64,000 nt of DNA from Novosphingobium sp. (GTDB lineage Bacteria > Pseudomonadota > Alphaproteobacteria > Sphingomonadales > Sphingomonadaceae): contig NZ_JBBATI010000018.1 of NCBI RefSeq assembly GCF_040398825.1, positions 323 to 64,322 on the forward strand, written 5' to 3'. The notes beneath the pieces were generated by a model that saw only the letters and a list, made by a program, of their open reading frames with translations, ran no database searches and was not told the origin of the DNA. Shown in pieces: positions 1 through 10,278 of this stretch. The position numbers and the translations under genes are program-made. Every line of letters begins with the position of its first letter. The stretch's first letter is position 1.

Positions 1-1
1 G

Positions 2-253
2 CTGTACGAGGCCGAACTGGCCAAGCGTGAGGCCGCGACCAGCAGCGAATATGCCGCCAAGACCGAAATCGGCTGGGGCCACCAGATCCGTTCCTATGTG
101 TTGCAGCCGTATCAGCAGGTAAAGGATCTGCGCACCGGGGTGGTCAGCACCAATCCGTCGGATGTGCTGGATGGGGCGATCGATCCGTTCATGGCGGCGG
201 CACTGTCGCAGCGGGTGACCGGTGAAAAGGTCGCGGTCGAGGATGACGATTGA
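2..253 (+). CDS. prfB: peptide chain release factor 2, C-terminal fragment (5' part lies outside the window)
   Basis: Open from the window edge in frame 2. Translation ...[48 protein letters not shown]... matches the conserved RF-2 C-terminus. TGA stop at 251-253. Confidence 0.85.
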   Translation: MYEAELAKREAATSSEYAAKTEIGWGHQIRSYVLQPYQQVKDLRTGVVSTNPSDVLDGAIDPFMAAALSQRVTGEKVAVEDDD

Positions 254-480
254 TTGGGTGGCCGATTGCGCGCAGGGTTTGCGCCACGGTTGATGCGCGC
301 GGGCGACGGGCTGTCGTGGTGGATCGGGGCCGGCTGGTCAGGTCTGCAATGACACTTTCGGGTCAATGCGCTTTGCGCTTTGTTACGATTGCGCCTAAAC
401 ATTTGGTCAGGATTGCTACGGGCTGAACGGCCGTTGTGCTGCAGCATAAACCGCGCCAGCGGCAGGGTTGAGAGTGGGGT

Positions 481-1890
481 ATGTCTGTGTTCAAGGGTTT
501 GAAGCCAATTGTTTATGGCGGACGCGAAGTCTGGCCGCTGGTCGAAGGGGGCAAGGGGGTTGCCGCCACCAACCATGCCAGTTCGGGCGCCTGGGCAGCG
601 GCGGGCGGGATCGGCACGGTCAGCGCGGTCAATGCCGACAGCTATGACCCGACCGGGCGCATCGTGCCGCAGCTTTATCCGCAACTTACGCGCCGCGAAC
701 GCCACGAACAGCTGATCCGCTACGCCATCGACGGCGCGGTCGAACAGGTCCACCGCGCGCACGAAATTTCGGGCGGGCAGGGCGCGATCAACATCAACGT
801 GCTGTGGGAAATGGGCGGGGCGCAGGCCGTGCTTGAAGGCGTGCTCGAAAAAACCCGCGGGCTGGTCACCGGGGTCACCTGCGGTGCTGGCATGCCCTAC
901 AAATTGTCGGAAATCGCCGCGCGTTTCAACGTCAACTATCTGCCGATCGTGTCGTCGGGCCGCGCGTTTCGCGCGCTGTGGAAACGCGCCTATCACAAGG
1001 TCGCGCATCTGATGGCGGCGGTGGTGTACGAAGATCCGTGGCTGGCCGGCGGGCACAACGGTCTGTCCAACGCCGAAGACCCGCGCAAACCCGAAGATCC
1101 CTATCCCCGCGTAAAGGCCCTGCGCGACACCATGCGTGCCGAAGGCGTGGCCGATACGGTGCCGATCATCATGGCCGGCGGCGTGTGGTACTTGCGCGAA
1201 TGGAACGACTGGATCGACAATCCGGAACTGGGCGCGATTGTCTTTCAGTTTGGCACGCGGCCGCTGCTGACCGCTGAAAGCCCGATCCCGCAGGGGTGGA
1301 AAGATCATCTGCGCACGATCGAGCCCGGCGATGTGCTGTTGCACAAGTTTTCGCCCACCGGGTTCTATTCATCGGCAGTGCGCAACCCGTTCTTGCGCAG
1401 TCTTGAGGCTCGCAGCGCGCGGCAGATCCCGTTTTCGCGCGTCGCGGCGGGCGAACACACGGTGCAACTGGATGTCGGTGTGCGTGGCAAGAATTTCTGG
1501 GTGACGCCGGTCGATCTTGAACGTGCGCGCGGCTGGGCGGCACAGGGGCATGACCATGCCTTGCGCACGCCGGATGACACGGTGGTGTTTGTGGCCCCGG
1601 CCGAACGCGACATGATCCGCCAGGATCAGGCCGATTGCATGGGCTGCCTGTCGCATTGCGGGTTTTCATCGTGGAAGGATCATGACGATTATTCCACCGG
1701 GCGGCTGGCCGATCCGCGCAGTTTCTGCATCCAGAAAACGCTGCAGGACATCGCGCATGGTGGTGATATCGATCAGAACCTGATGTTCGCCGGCCACGCC
1801 GCCTATCGGTTCAAACAGGACCCGTTCTATTCCAACAACTTCACCCCGACGGTGAAACAGCTGGTGGACCGCATCCTGACGGGCGATTGA
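481..1890 (+). CDS. nitronate monooxygenase (NMO / 2-nitropropane dioxygenase-like FMN TIM-barrel) family protein, long 469-aa form
   Basis: ATG 481. NMO-like blocks GGKGVAATNHASSGAWAAAGGIGTVS, PIIMAGGVW, FQFGTRPLLTAES. Family-level call only. Carries a C-terminal Cys-rich extension. Confidence 0.75.
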   Translation: MSVFKGLKPIVYGGREVWPLVEGGKGVAATNHASSGAWAAAGGIGTVSAVNADSYDPTGRIVPQLYPQLTRRERHEQLIRYAIDGAVEQVHRAHEISGGQGAININVLWEMGGAQAVLEGVLEKTRGLVTGVTCGAGMPYKLSEIAARFNVNYLPIVSSGRAFRALWKRAYHKVAHLMAAVVYEDPWLAGGHNGLSNAEDPRKPEDPYPRVKALRDTMRAEGVADTVPIIMAGGVWYLREWNDWIDNPELGAIVFQFGTRPLLTAESPIPQGWKDHLRTIEPGDVLLHKFSPTGFYSSAVRNPFLRSLEARSARQIPFSRVAAGEHTVQLDVGVRGKNFWVTPVDLERARGWAAQGHDHALRTPDDTVVFVAPAERDMIRQDQADCMGCLSHCGFSSWKDHDDYSTGRLADPRSFCIQKTLQDIAHGGDIDQNLMFAGHAAYRFKQDPFYSNNFTPTVKQLVDRILTGD

Positions 1891-1891
1891 T

Positions 1892-1925
1892 CCCTGCACC
1901 CCGGCCGTTGGCGGGGCAGGGTTTA
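1892..1925. terminator. GC-rich hairpin between convergent genes (possible bidirectional terminator)
   Basis: ccctgcaccccgg...cggggcaggg forms a ~9-bp GC stem with one bulge, followed by TTTAAT on the + strand. It lies between the NMO stop (1890) and the amt stop (1923). Confidence 0.35.
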
Positions 1926-3230
1926 ATCGAAATCCGGTTCGTCGATCTCATCAGCCTCGTTGATGCGCATTGGCACGACCATCGCCACCATCAGCGCGGC
2001 GATCGCGGTGCCGATGGCGCTCCACGCCACCACCACGCCCGCGCCGAGTGCCTGTGCCAGCACTTGCCGCACCGGGCCCATGCCCGCCGCATAGCCCGTG
2101 CCGCCCAATGTGCCGGCGATCAGCGGCGCGGCCAGCATCGCGCCGGCAAGCCCGGCCACGCCATGCACCGCGACCAGATCGGCCGCGTCGTCGATCGCTG
2201 CGGCGCGGATCATGCGCGCCGCCACCCAGGCGACCAGCGCACCGATCAGCCCGGCCAGCATCGCCGCGCCGGGTGCAAAGGCGCCCATGCCCGCGCTCGC
2301 AGCCACCAGCCCGGCCATTGCTCCGGCGGACAATGCACGCGGATTGGCCTTGCCCGTGGTGACCGCAGCGATCAGCAGCCAGACCAGCGCGCCACTGGCG
2401 GCGGCGACCAGGCCGTTGATCAGCGTGGTGGCGGCATCATCGCTGGCGGCCAGAGTCGCCGCCGCCGACAGCGCCAGCAGCGCGATCCACATCATGCCGG
2501 TCCCCGCCAGCGCCAGTCCGGGCGCCGTGCCACTGGTGGCCACGGCATCGGGCTGCGCGCCAAACCGCGCGCGGCGGCCCATCAGCAGGGTGATCACCAG
2601 CGCCGATATGCCAGCACTGGCATGGACCACCAGCGCGCCCGCCGCATCGACCGTGCCCAACCGTGCCGCCAGCCAGCCACCGCCCCAGATCCAGTGCGCC
2701 AGCGGCGCATAGACGATCAGTATCCACAGCCCGGCGAATGGCAGTACCCAGGCCAGGTTGCCGCGCTCGGCCCAGGCCCCCGTCAGCAGCCCGGCGGCCA
2801 GCACGGCATAGGCCAGTTGCAGCGCCACAAATGCCATTTCGGGCACCGCACTGCCCTCGCGCACATTGGCAAGATCGAGCAGCATCCACGCATTGCCACC
2901 GCCCAGCCAGCCCGATCCGACCGTGCCGAAGGCCAGCGTATAACCGACCAGCACCCACAGCAGCGACACCACCGCGGCAATGCCCACGGTTTCGGTCGCC
3001 AGTGCCGCAAAGGCCCGCGCGCCCAACCGCGCGCCATGGTGCAGGATGATCCCCGGCAGCAGCATCGCCAGCGCCAGCAGCGCCAGGCACAGCACAAACG
3101 CGGTATCGCCGCTGTCCACCGCATCGGCAGCATCGGCGGCGTCGATTTGCGCGTGGGCCAGCGCGGGCGCGATTGCGCAGCCAAGCGCCAGGGCAAAGCG
3201 CACCAGTTTGCGGGTGAAAATCCGGTTCAT
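1923..3230 (-). CDS. amt: ammonium transporter (Amt family)
   Basis: 435 aa, polytopic. Amt/MEP-like blocks AFVALQLAYAVLAAGLLTGAWAER, VVHASAGISALV, DDAADLVAVHGVAGLAGA. Signal-like N-terminus. No glnK next to it. Confidence 0.9.
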   Translation of the reverse strand: MNRIFTRKLVRFALALGCAIAPALAHAQIDAADAADAVDSGDTAFVLCLALLALAMLLPGIILHHGARLGARAFAALATETVGIAAVVSLLWVLVGYTLAFGTVGSGWLGGGNAWMLLDLANVREGSAVPEMAFVALQLAYAVLAAGLLTGAWAERGNLAWVLPFAGLWILIVYAPLAHWIWGGGWLAARLGTVDAAGALVVHASAGISALVITLLMGRRARFGAQPDAVATSGTAPGLALAGTGMMWIALLALSAAATLAASDDAATTLINGLVAAASGALVWLLIAAVTTGKANPRALSAGAMAGLVAASAGMGAFAPGAAMLAGLIGALVAWVAARMIRAAAIDDAADLVAVHGVAGLAGAMLAAPLIAGTLGGTGYAAGMGPVRQVLAQALGAGVVVAWSAIGTAIAALMVAMVVPMRINEADEIDEPDFD

Positions 3231-3265
3231 GGCGCCCTACATGCCCCAGCCATGCTTAACTTTGC

Positions 3266-4303
3266 TTAAAGCCAGCCTTGCAGCACCTGATCGGGCGGGC
3301 GGTGGCCATCGACCCAGAACCGGATATTGGCGATCACCTTGTCACCGGATGCCAGCCGGCCTTCGACCGTGCCGCTGCCCATGTGCGGCAGAATCGCGAC
3401 ATTGTGATGGTCGCGCAGGCGTTGATCGACCAGCGGTTCGTGCGCAAACACATCCAGCCCGGCGCCGCCCAGATGGCCTGATACCAGCGCGTCGATCATC
3501 GCCGCCTCTTCGACAATGGTGCCGCGCGCGGTGTTGATGATGAACGCGCCCGGCCGCATCAGCGCGATTCGCCGCGCATCGATCAGGTGGTGGGTTTCGG
3601 GGGTGGCAGGGCAATGCAGCGTGAGGATGTCGGTCGCCGCCAGCAGCGCATCCAGATCGGGTTCAAACCGCGCGCCCAGCATGGTTTCCAGCGCTTCGGG
3701 AACGCGTTGCCGATTGTGATAGAGGATGGTCAGGCCGAACGCGCGCGCGCGGTGCGCCACCGCCTGGCCAATGCGCCCCATCCCGACAATCCCCAGCACG
3801 CGCCCGCCGACGCGGTGCCCCAGCATGGTCGACGGCGCCCAGCCCTGCCACTGGCCGCTGCGCAGGATGCGGCCGCCATAGTTCAGCTTGCGGGTGACCG
3901 ACAGGATCAGCGCCAGCGTCATGTCGGCGGTATCATCGGTGAACACGCCCGGGGTGTTGGTCACCATGATCTTTTTGGCGCGTGCCGCGGCCAGATCGAT
4001 GTGATCGACGCCCGCGCCAAAATTGGCGATCAGCCGCAGGCGCGGCGGCAGCGCCGCAATCAGATCGGCATCGATCGAATCGGTCACCGTTGGCACCAGC
4101 ACGTCGGCATCGGCCACGGCCGCCACCAGTTCGTCGCGGCTGAGCGCATGGTCATCGGCGTTGAGCACGACATCGAACAGTTCCGCCATCCGCGCCTCGG
4201 TTTCGGGCAGCAGCCGGCGGGTGACGACGACGCGCGGGCTTCCCGTTACGCGGCGGGTTTCGGCGGGCAGGGGGGTGGGGACAGGGCTTGATCGGTTGGG
4301 CAT
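3266..4303 (-). CDS. D-isomer-specific 2-hydroxyacid dehydrogenase (glyoxylate/hydroxypyruvate reductase-like)
   Basis: ATG at 4303 chosen; the ORF-track extension to 4771 is not protein-like. NAD-binding GIVGMGRIGQAVAHRA and catalytic-region blocks INTARG and ILPHMGSGT. Confidence 0.85.
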   Translation of the reverse strand: MPNRSSPVPTPLPAETRRVTGSPRVVVTRRLLPETEARMAELFDVVLNADDHALSRDELVAAVADADVLVPTVTDSIDADLIAALPPRLRLIANFGAGVDHIDLAAARAKKIMVTNTPGVFTDDTADMTLALILSVTRKLNYGGRILRSGQWQGWAPSTMLGHRVGGRVLGIVGMGRIGQAVAHRARAFGLTILYHNRQRVPEALETMLGARFEPDLDALLAATDILTLHCPATPETHHLIDARRIALMRPGAFIINTARGTIVEEAAMIDALVSGHLGGAGLDVFAHEPLVDQRLRDHHNVAILPHMGSGTVEGRLASGDKVIANIRFWVDGHRPPDQVLQGWL

Positions 4304-4441
4304 CCGCTGTCTATCGCCAGCGGCGCGATGCCGGTCAAGGGGCGCGGGCTCGATCGGGCAGGCGGCGGGCCGTGCTGTGCACCGTTTGTGGTGCGGCACT
4401 GCCTTGGCCTTTGGCGGTCGATGGTATATCGCACCTGCGTA

Positions 4442-4951
4442 ATGTCCTTGCCGAACAAGCACTCCCTGTTTTGTCGCACTGTCTTGCGTACCGCGCTGCT
4501 CGCGCCGGGCCTGATGCTGGCCGTGCCGGCCACGCGTGCGGCCGATACCGATGGTGTGCCGTTCTGGGTGTCGCTGCGCAACGGCGAGACCAATATGCGG
4601 GTCGGGCCCGGGCGCGATTATCGCATCAACTGGACGTACAAACGGCCGGGGCTGCCGATGAAAGTGCTGCGCAGCATGGAAGGCTGGGTATTGGTCGAGG
4701 ACCCCGATGGTGCGCGCGGCTGGATGCTGACGCAATTTGTCACGCACAAGGCGCATACCGCGCTGGTGCACGGCGCTGTGGCCGAAATCCGCGAAAACCG
4801 CGATGGATCGGGCCGGGTAATGTGGCGCGCACAGCCCGGCGCGATTGCGCGCCTGCTGGGCGAATGCAGCAGCGGCTGGTGCAAGGTCGATATCGATGGC
4901 CGCCAGGGCTTTATGGCTGCCACATCGCTGTGGGGCGCGGGCGCGCCCTGA
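4442..4951 (+). CDS. exported bacterial SH3-domain protein
   Basis: ATG 4442 gives the signal peptide LRTALLAPGLMLAVPATRA. SH3-like segments follow (FWVSLRNGETNMRVGPGRDY...GWVLVEDPDGARGWM; ...GECSSGWCKVDIDGRQGFM). Confidence 0.6.
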   Translation: MSLPNKHSLFCRTVLRTALLAPGLMLAVPATRAADTDGVPFWVSLRNGETNMRVGPGRDYRINWTYKRPGLPMKVLRSMEGWVLVEDPDGARGWMLTQFVTHKAHTALVHGAVAEIRENRDGSGRVMWRAQPGAIARLLGECSSGWCKVDIDGRQGFMAATSLWGAGAP

Positions 4952-4996
4952 GCTTGGCCGCGACGGGAGGAGCGCCAGGCCCCGCCCGTCACGCCA

Positions 4997-6193
4997 TTAC
5001 ACCAGTTCGATCGCCACGGCGGTCGCTTCGCCGCCGCCGATGCACAGGCTGGCCACGCCTTTTGACAGCCCGCGTGCCTTCAATGCGCCGATCAGCGTGG
5101 TCATGATGCGCGCGCCCGATGCGCCGATCGGGTGGCCGAGCGCGGTGGCGCCGCCGTTGACGTTGATCTTGTCATGCGGGATGCCCAGATCGTGCATCGC
5201 AAACATCGCCACACAGGCGAATGCCTCGTTCACTTCAAACAGATCGACTTCGCCGATCGTCCAGCCCGCGCGCGCCAGCAGCGCGGTGATCGCGCCAACC
5301 GGCGCGGTGGTGAAATCCTTTGGCGCCTGGGCATGCGCGGCCATTGCCACAACGCGCGCCACCGGGGCCAGCCCGGCGGCATCGGCCACCGACTGGCGGG
5401 TGAGCACCAGCGCGGCGGCGCCATCGGAAATCGATGAGGATGTGGCGGCGGTGATCGTGCCGTCCTTGGCAAACGCAGGCTTCAGGCCCGGGATCTTGTC
5501 GGGCTTGCCCTTGCCGGGGGCTTCGTCAGTGTCGACCACGGTGTCGCCGCCGCGCGATTTGACCGTCACGGCCACGATTTCGTCCTTGAACCGGCCCTCG
5601 GTCACCGCGCTTTGCGCACGGCGCAGCGATTCGATGGTATAGGCGTCCTGCGCCTCCCGCGTCAGTTGGTATTCGTTGGCGGTGTCCTGCGCAAAGGTGC
5701 CCATGGCGCGGCCCGGTTCATAGGCGTCTTCCAGCCCGTCAAGGAACATGTGGTCATAGGCGGTGTCGTGGCCGATGCGCGCGCCCGACCGGTGCTTTTT
5801 CAAAAGGTACGGCGCATTGGTCATCGATTCCATGCCGCCCGACACGACATAGTCGATCGATCCCGCGGCCAGCGCCTCTGCCCCCATGATCAGCGTCTGC
5901 ATGCCCGATCCGCACACCTTGTTGACCGTGGTCGCCTGCACCGATGCGGGCAGGCCGGCCTTGATCGCGGCCTGGCGCGCGGGCGCCTGGCCCAGCCCGG
6001 CGGGCAGCACACAGCCCATGTAGATGCGGTCAAACTTGTCCGCCGCCACGCCCGAACGGTCGACCGCGGCGCGCACCGCAGCAGCACCCAGATCGGTGGC
6101 CGACAAATCGGCCAGTACCCCCTGCATCGATCCCATCGGCGTGCGGGCATAGGACAGGATGACAACCGGATCGGCAGCGGAAAACTGGGCCAT
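4997..6193 (-). CDS. acetyl-CoA C-acetyltransferase (thiolase II)
   Basis: 398 aa. Thiolase blocks VNKVCGSGMQ, NVNGGATALGHPIGASGARI, CIGGGEATAV. Confidence 0.95.
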   Translation of the reverse strand: MAQFSAADPVVILSYARTPMGSMQGVLADLSATDLGAAAVRAAVDRSGVAADKFDRIYMGCVLPAGLGQAPARQAAIKAGLPASVQATTVNKVCGSGMQTLIMGAEALAAGSIDYVVSGGMESMTNAPYLLKKHRSGARIGHDTAYDHMFLDGLEDAYEPGRAMGTFAQDTANEYQLTREAQDAYTIESLRRAQSAVTEGRFKDEIVAVTVKSRGGDTVVDTDEAPGKGKPDKIPGLKPAFAKDGTITAATSSSISDGAAALVLTRQSVADAAGLAPVARVVAMAAHAQAPKDFTTAPVGAITALLARAGWTIGEVDLFEVNEAFACVAMFAMHDLGIPHDKINVNGGATALGHPIGASGARIMTTLIGALKARGLSKGVASLCIGGGEATAVAIELV

Positions 6194-6489
6194 GGCGAAA
6201 TGTCCTTCTTACAGGCTGGGCCCGCGCCCGGCGCCGGATCATGCGGGCACAGGGCGCGGGCGTTTGGCGCAGTCTTAGTGATGCGCGGGCAACTTGGCAA
6301 TTCGGCGCTGCGGCTGCGGCACATTTGCGCGCAAAGCCCGGCAAAACCTGAAAAATCTGCCCGTTTGCCGATGCTGCACTGCCCAAAAAGGATTGGGGAG
6401 CGGGGGAAATATGCAATGTCGCCCACTTGCGCGGGCGGCACGGCGGGCCTAGGGGCCGGGGCACAAGCTTTGAAAGGCGAGTCAGCCCC

Positions 6490-6891
6490 TTGTCAGACCA
6501 AATAACTTCAGACCACATATCCTATCTGGCCGGTTATCTGCCGATCCTCATTTTCATGGTTATCGCGGTTGGCCTGTCATCGGCTTTTGTGTTTTTGCCG
6601 ATCGGTGTTTCGCACCTGACCGGCACGCACAACCCCGATCCGGAAAAGCTGTCGGAGTACGAATGCGGATTTCCCGCGTTTGAAGACCCGCGCAGCCAGT
6701 TTGACGTGCGGTTCTATCTGGTGGCGATCCTGTTCATCATTTTCGATCTGGAGGCGGCGTTTCTGTTTCCATGGGCGGTCAGCCTGAAACAGACGCAATG
6801 GGCGGGCTGGTCGACGATGATGCTGTTCCTGTTCGAATTGGTCATCGGTTTTATCTATGCCTGGAAAAAAGGCGCGTTGGACTGGGAATGA
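6490..6891 (+). CDS. nuoA: NADH-quinone oxidoreductase subunit A
   Basis: TTG 6490 preceded by GAAAGGCGAG; the start is uncertain (ORF open from 6427). ND3-like [32 protein letters not shown]. Stop overlaps the nuoB ATG. Confidence 0.9.
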   Translation: MSDQITSDHISYLAGYLPILIFMVIAVGLSSAFVFLPIGVSHLTGTHNPDPEKLSEYECGFPAFEDPRSQFDVRFYLVAILFIIFDLEAAFLFPWAVSLKQTQWAGWSTMMLFLFELVIGFIYAWKKGALDWE

Positions 6892-7454
6892 ACACCATGG
6901 CCACATCTCCTCTCGTTCCGGGTGCAAACCCCCCTGGCGGTTCCGCGCTGATCGCGCCCGACCCGGCGTTTTTTGCGCAGGTGAATGCCGAAATTTCCGA
7001 CAAGGGCTTTCTGATCGCGTCGACCGAGGACTTGTTCCAGTGGGCGCGCACCGGCTCGCTGTGGTGGATGACGTTTGGCCTGGCTTGCTGTGCGGTCGAA
7101 ATGATCCATGTGAACATGCCGCGTTATGACATGGAACGGTTTGGCGTCGCCCCGCGCGCATCCCCGCGCCAGTCCGACGTGATGATCGTGGCCGGCACGC
7201 TGTGCAACAAGATGGCCCCGGCTCTGCGCAAGGTCTATGACCAGATGTCGGACCCCAAATATGTCATTTCGATGGGCAGCTGCGCCAATGGCGGCGGCTA
7301 TTACCATTACAGCTATTCGGTGGTGCGCGGGTGCGACCGCATCGTGCCCGTGGATATCTATGTGCCCGGGTGCCCGCCGACGGCAGAGGCGTTGTTGTAT
7401 GGCGTGATGCAACTGCAGCGGAAAATCCGCCGTATGGGCACGCTGGAACGTTAG
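6888..7454 (+). CDS. nuoB: NADH-quinone oxidoreductase subunit B
   Basis: ATG 6888. N2-cluster motifs [29 protein letters not shown]. Confidence 0.95.
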   Translation: MNTMATSPLVPGANPPGGSALIAPDPAFFAQVNAEISDKGFLIASTEDLFQWARTGSLWWMTFGLACCAVEMIHVNMPRYDMERFGVAPRASPRQSDVMIVAGTLCNKMAPALRKVYDQMSDPKYVISMGSCANGGGYYHYSYSVVRGCDRIVPVDIYVPGCPPTAEALLYGVMQLQRKIRRMGTLER

Positions 7455-7471
7455 GGACGGGGCAAAAGCTG

Positions 7472-8119
7472 ATGGCACAAGTGCTTCATTCCGCTCCGCG
7501 CTACGACGCACCAGAGGGCGCGGTCGATGCGATCCGCACCCGGCTGGGCGATGCGCTGATCGATGCCCGCCAGGAATATGGCGAAGTCGTGCTGACCGTA
7601 GCGCGCGACCGGATAGAGGGCGTGCTGCGCGATCTGCGCGATGGCGAAGCGTTTCAGCAATTGATGGATATCGCCGGGGTCGATTACCCCGATCGCGCCG
7701 AACGCTTTGAAGTGGTCTATTGCCTGTTGTCGGTCACGCGCAACCTGCGCCTGATCGTGAAAGTTTCGACTGACGAGGCGACGCCGGTGCCGACCGTCAC
7801 CACGCTGTGGCCCAACGCCGGTTGGTATGAACGCGAAGTCTATGACATGTTCGGCGTGCTGTTTGCCGGCAACACCGATCTGCGCCGCATCCTGACCGAC
7901 TATGGTTTTCAGGGCCACCCGTTCCGCAAGGATTTTCCGCTGACCGGCTATGTCGAGCTGCGCTATTCCGAAGAGGACAAGCGCGTGGTGTACGAACCGG
8001 TGCGGCTGGCGCAGGACCTGCGCCAGTTCGATTACGAAAGCCCGTGGGAAGGCGCGACTTACGTGTTGCCCGGGGATGAAAAAGCGACCGGGGAAAAAGC
8101 AGAAGGGCCAAAGCCATGA
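7472..8119 (+). CDS. nuoC: NADH-quinone oxidoreductase subunit C
   Basis: ATG 7472. 30-kDa subunit block [43 protein letters not shown]. Confidence 0.93.
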   Translation: MAQVLHSAPRYDAPEGAVDAIRTRLGDALIDARQEYGEVVLTVARDRIEGVLRDLRDGEAFQQLMDIAGVDYPDRAERFEVVYCLLSVTRNLRLIVKVSTDEATPVPTVTTLWPNAGWYEREVYDMFGVLFAGNTDLRRILTDYGFQGHPFRKDFPLTGYVELRYSEEDKRVVYEPVRLAQDLRQFDYESPWEGATYVLPGDEKATGEKAEGPKP

Positions 8120-9327
8120 GCTTTTCGCTCGAACAGTCGCCCACCACCGGCGACGAGGTCATCACCAACTACACCATCAATTTCGGCCCTCAGCACCCGG
8201 CCGCGCACGGCGTGCTGCGCATGGTGATGGAACTGGACGGCGAAATCATTGAACGGATCGATCCGCATGTCGGCCTGCTGCATCGCGGCACCGAAAAGCT
8301 GATCGAGCACAAGACCTATCTGCAGGCGCTGCCCTATTTCGACCGGCTGGATTACTGTTCGCCGCTGGCGATGGAATATTCCTATGTGCTGGCGATTGAA
8401 AAGCTGCTGAATATCGAAGTGCCGCTGCGCGCGCAGTATCTGCGCGTGCTGTTTGCGGAATTGACGCGCATTTGCAACCACATGCTCAACCTTGGCAGCC
8501 ATGTCATGGATGTCGGCGCGATGACGCCCAACCTGTGGCTGTTTGAAATCCGCGAAGATTGCCTGAACTTCTTTGAACGCGCATCGGGCGCGCGGCTGCA
8601 TTCGGCGTGGTTCCGCCCCGGCGGGGTGCACCAGGATGTGCCGCTGAAACTGTTGACCGATATGGCAGACTGGCTCGACACGCGGCTGCCGCAGCTGTTC
8701 GACGATGCGATGAGCCTGGTGATCGACAACCGCATTTTCAAACAGCGCAATGTCGATATCGCGCTGGTCAGCAAGGAAGACGCGCTGGCCTGGGGCTTTT
8801 CCGGGCCGATGATCCGGGGTGCCGGCATTCCGTGGGACCTGCGCAAATCGCAGCCCTATGACGTCTATGCGCGCATGGATTTCGACATTCCGGTCGGCAC
8901 CAATTCCGATTGCTATGACCGGTTCATGGTCCGCGTTGAAGAAGTGCGCCAGTCGGCGCGCATCATGAAGCAGTGCCTGGCCGAAATGCCCGAAGGCCCG
9001 GTCGCGTCGTCCGATCGCAAGGTGGTCCCGCCCAAGCGCGGCGAAATGAAAAGCTCGATGGAATCGCTGATCCATCACTTCAAACTCTATACCGAGGGCT
9101 TTCACGTGCCGGCGGGCGAAGTCTACGTCGCCACCGAAAGCCCCAAGGGCGAATTCGGCGTCTATCTGGTCAGCGATGGCAGCAACAAGCCCTATCGCTG
9201 CAAGATCCGCCCGACCGCGTTTTCGCACCTGCAGGCGATGGATTTCATGTGCAAGGGCCACATGCTGCCCGACGCCACCGCCATCCTGGGCGCGATCGAC
9301 GTGGTGTTCGGGGAGTGTGACCGGTGA
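8116..9327 (+). CDS. nuoD: NADH-quinone oxidoreductase subunit D
   Basis: 403 aa. 49-kDa subunit blocks [24 protein letters not shown]-terminal [13 protein letters not shown] overlap with the nuoC stop. Confidence 0.96.
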   Translation: MSFSLEQSPTTGDEVITNYTINFGPQHPAAHGVLRMVMELDGEIIERIDPHVGLLHRGTEKLIEHKTYLQALPYFDRLDYCSPLAMEYSYVLAIEKLLNIEVPLRAQYLRVLFAELTRICNHMLNLGSHVMDVGAMTPNLWLFEIREDCLNFFERASGARLHSAWFRPGGVHQDVPLKLLTDMADWLDTRLPQLFDDAMSLVIDNRIFKQRNVDIALVSKEDALAWGFSGPMIRGAGIPWDLRKSQPYDVYARMDFDIPVGTNSDCYDRFMVRVEEVRQSARIMKQCLAEMPEGPVASSDRKVVPPKRGEMKSSMESLIHHFKLYTEGFHVPAGEVYVATESPKGEFGVYLVSDGSNKPYRCKIRPTAFSHLQAMDFMCKGHMLPDATAILGAIDVVFGECDR

Positions 9328-9521
9328 CCGCCCAGGTTCTGCGCCAGATTTCGATCATCGCCTGCCTGGCTGGCCTCGCCACCGCCGTGGTGCTGTTTGT
9401 CGCGCTGTGGCGCGGCACGCCGGTGCCGTGGTGGATGCCGCTGCTGATTGCCATGGCTGGCGGCTATGAACTGGCGCATTTCGGGCAGAGCCTGTGGTTC
9501 AAATGGGTGCGGCGGTCATGA
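9324..9521 (+). CDS. small two-TM membrane protein encoded inside the nuo operon (unknown function)
   Basis: GTG 9324 overlaps the nuoD stop (GTGA). 65 aa with two hydrophobic helices ([21 protein letters not shown]; [13 protein letters not shown]). Codon third positions are GC-biased like the neighbours. No family recognised. Confidence 0.55.
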   Translation: MTAQVLRQISIIACLAGLATAVVLFVALWRGTPVPWWMPLLIAMAGGYELAHFGQSLWFKWVRRS

Positions 9522-9563
9522 TCGCGCCCGAACAATCTCATCTGATCAAGGACTTTGGCTAAA

Positions 9564-10232
9564 ATGGCCGACCGTCATCTCGAACCGGATACACCTGCTT
9601 TGCGCGCTCGCTGGGGCCAGTTTGGCTGGACCGGGGACAATGCTGCAAAGGCGAAAGAGATCGTCGCGCGCTATCCCGCCGGGCGTCAGCGCAGCGCGGT
9701 GATGCCGCTGCTCGATCTGGCGCAACGCCAGGTGGGCGCGGAAGAGCAGACCCAGGGCTGGCTGCCGTTGCCGGTAATCGAATTCGTCGCGCGCGAACTG
9801 GATATGCCGGTGGTGCGCGTGCTGGAGGTGGCGACGTTCTACACCATGTACAATCTGGCGCCGATCGGGCGGTACCATGTGCAGGTGTGCGGCACCACGC
9901 CATGCATGTTGCGCGGGTCGGACGATATCATTGCCGCGTGCAAGGCGCGCGGGCTGGCCAAGGGCCACACGACCGCCGATGGCCTGTTCACGCTGACCGA
10001 AGTTGAATGCATGGGCAATTGCGCCTCGGCGCCGATGGTGCAGATCAACGACGACAATTACGAAGACCTGACCGCCACCAGCATGACGCATATCCTGGAT
10101 GAACTGGCCGCTGGTCGCGCGCCGAAGGTCGGCACGCAAGCGCCCGGCCGCCACACCGTCGAACCGCTGGGCGGGCCGACCACGCTGGTGGCCATGGTGA
10201 CCGACAACCACGATTACCGGGCGGAGTGGTAA
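9564..10232 (+). CDS. nuoE: NADH-quinone oxidoreductase subunit E
   Basis: ATG 9564 (alternative TTG 9555). 24-kDa [2Fe-2S] motifs CGTTPCMLRG and ECMGNCASAPM. Confidence 0.93.
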   Translation: MADRHLEPDTPALRARWGQFGWTGDNAAKAKEIVARYPAGRQRSAVMPLLDLAQRQVGAEEQTQGWLPLPVIEFVARELDMPVVRVLEVATFYTMYNLAPIGRYHVQVCGTTPCMLRGSDDIIAACKARGLAKGHTTADGLFTLTEVECMGNCASAPMVQINDDNYEDLTATSMTHILDELAAGRAPKVGTQAPGRHTVEPLGGPTTLVAMVTDNHDYRAEW

Positions 10233-10278
10233 GCCATGATCCGTGCCGCCCAAACCCACCTGTCACCCCACACCACAT

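Noticed and set aside
112-1344. 410-aa ORF on the - strand overlapping the prfB 3' end and the NMO gene
   Set aside because: It is antisense to a gene with clear family motifs. The product is Arg/Ala/Pro/Gly-rich low-complexity sequence typical of shadow ORFs in GC-rich DNA.
1887-3269. 460-aa + strand ORF opposite amt
   Set aside because: Its composition is Arg/Gln/His-rich nonsense, while the opposite strand encodes a recognisable Amt transporter.
3266-4771. Full 501-aa ORF-track version of the 2-hydroxyacid dehydrogenase (similar long versions exist for miaA to 47380, the ilvC ORF to 43716, and the tgt ORF from 59165)
   Set aside because: The N-terminal ~100-150 aa are non-protein-like and overlap neighbouring genes. 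The conserved domains start at the internal Met codons that I used.
6194-6489. Thiolase/nuoA divergent region and the phaZ upstream region (57039-57186), scanned for PhaR-type TGC-rich operators
   Set aside because: TGC-rich strings exist (ctgcggctgcggcac; atgcagcgcagcat), but none fits a defined palindromic operator that I can name with confidence.
8059-9261. 400-aa - strand ORF opposite nuoD
   Set aside because: Shadow ORF. nuoD on the + strand has unambiguous 49-kDa subunit motifs.
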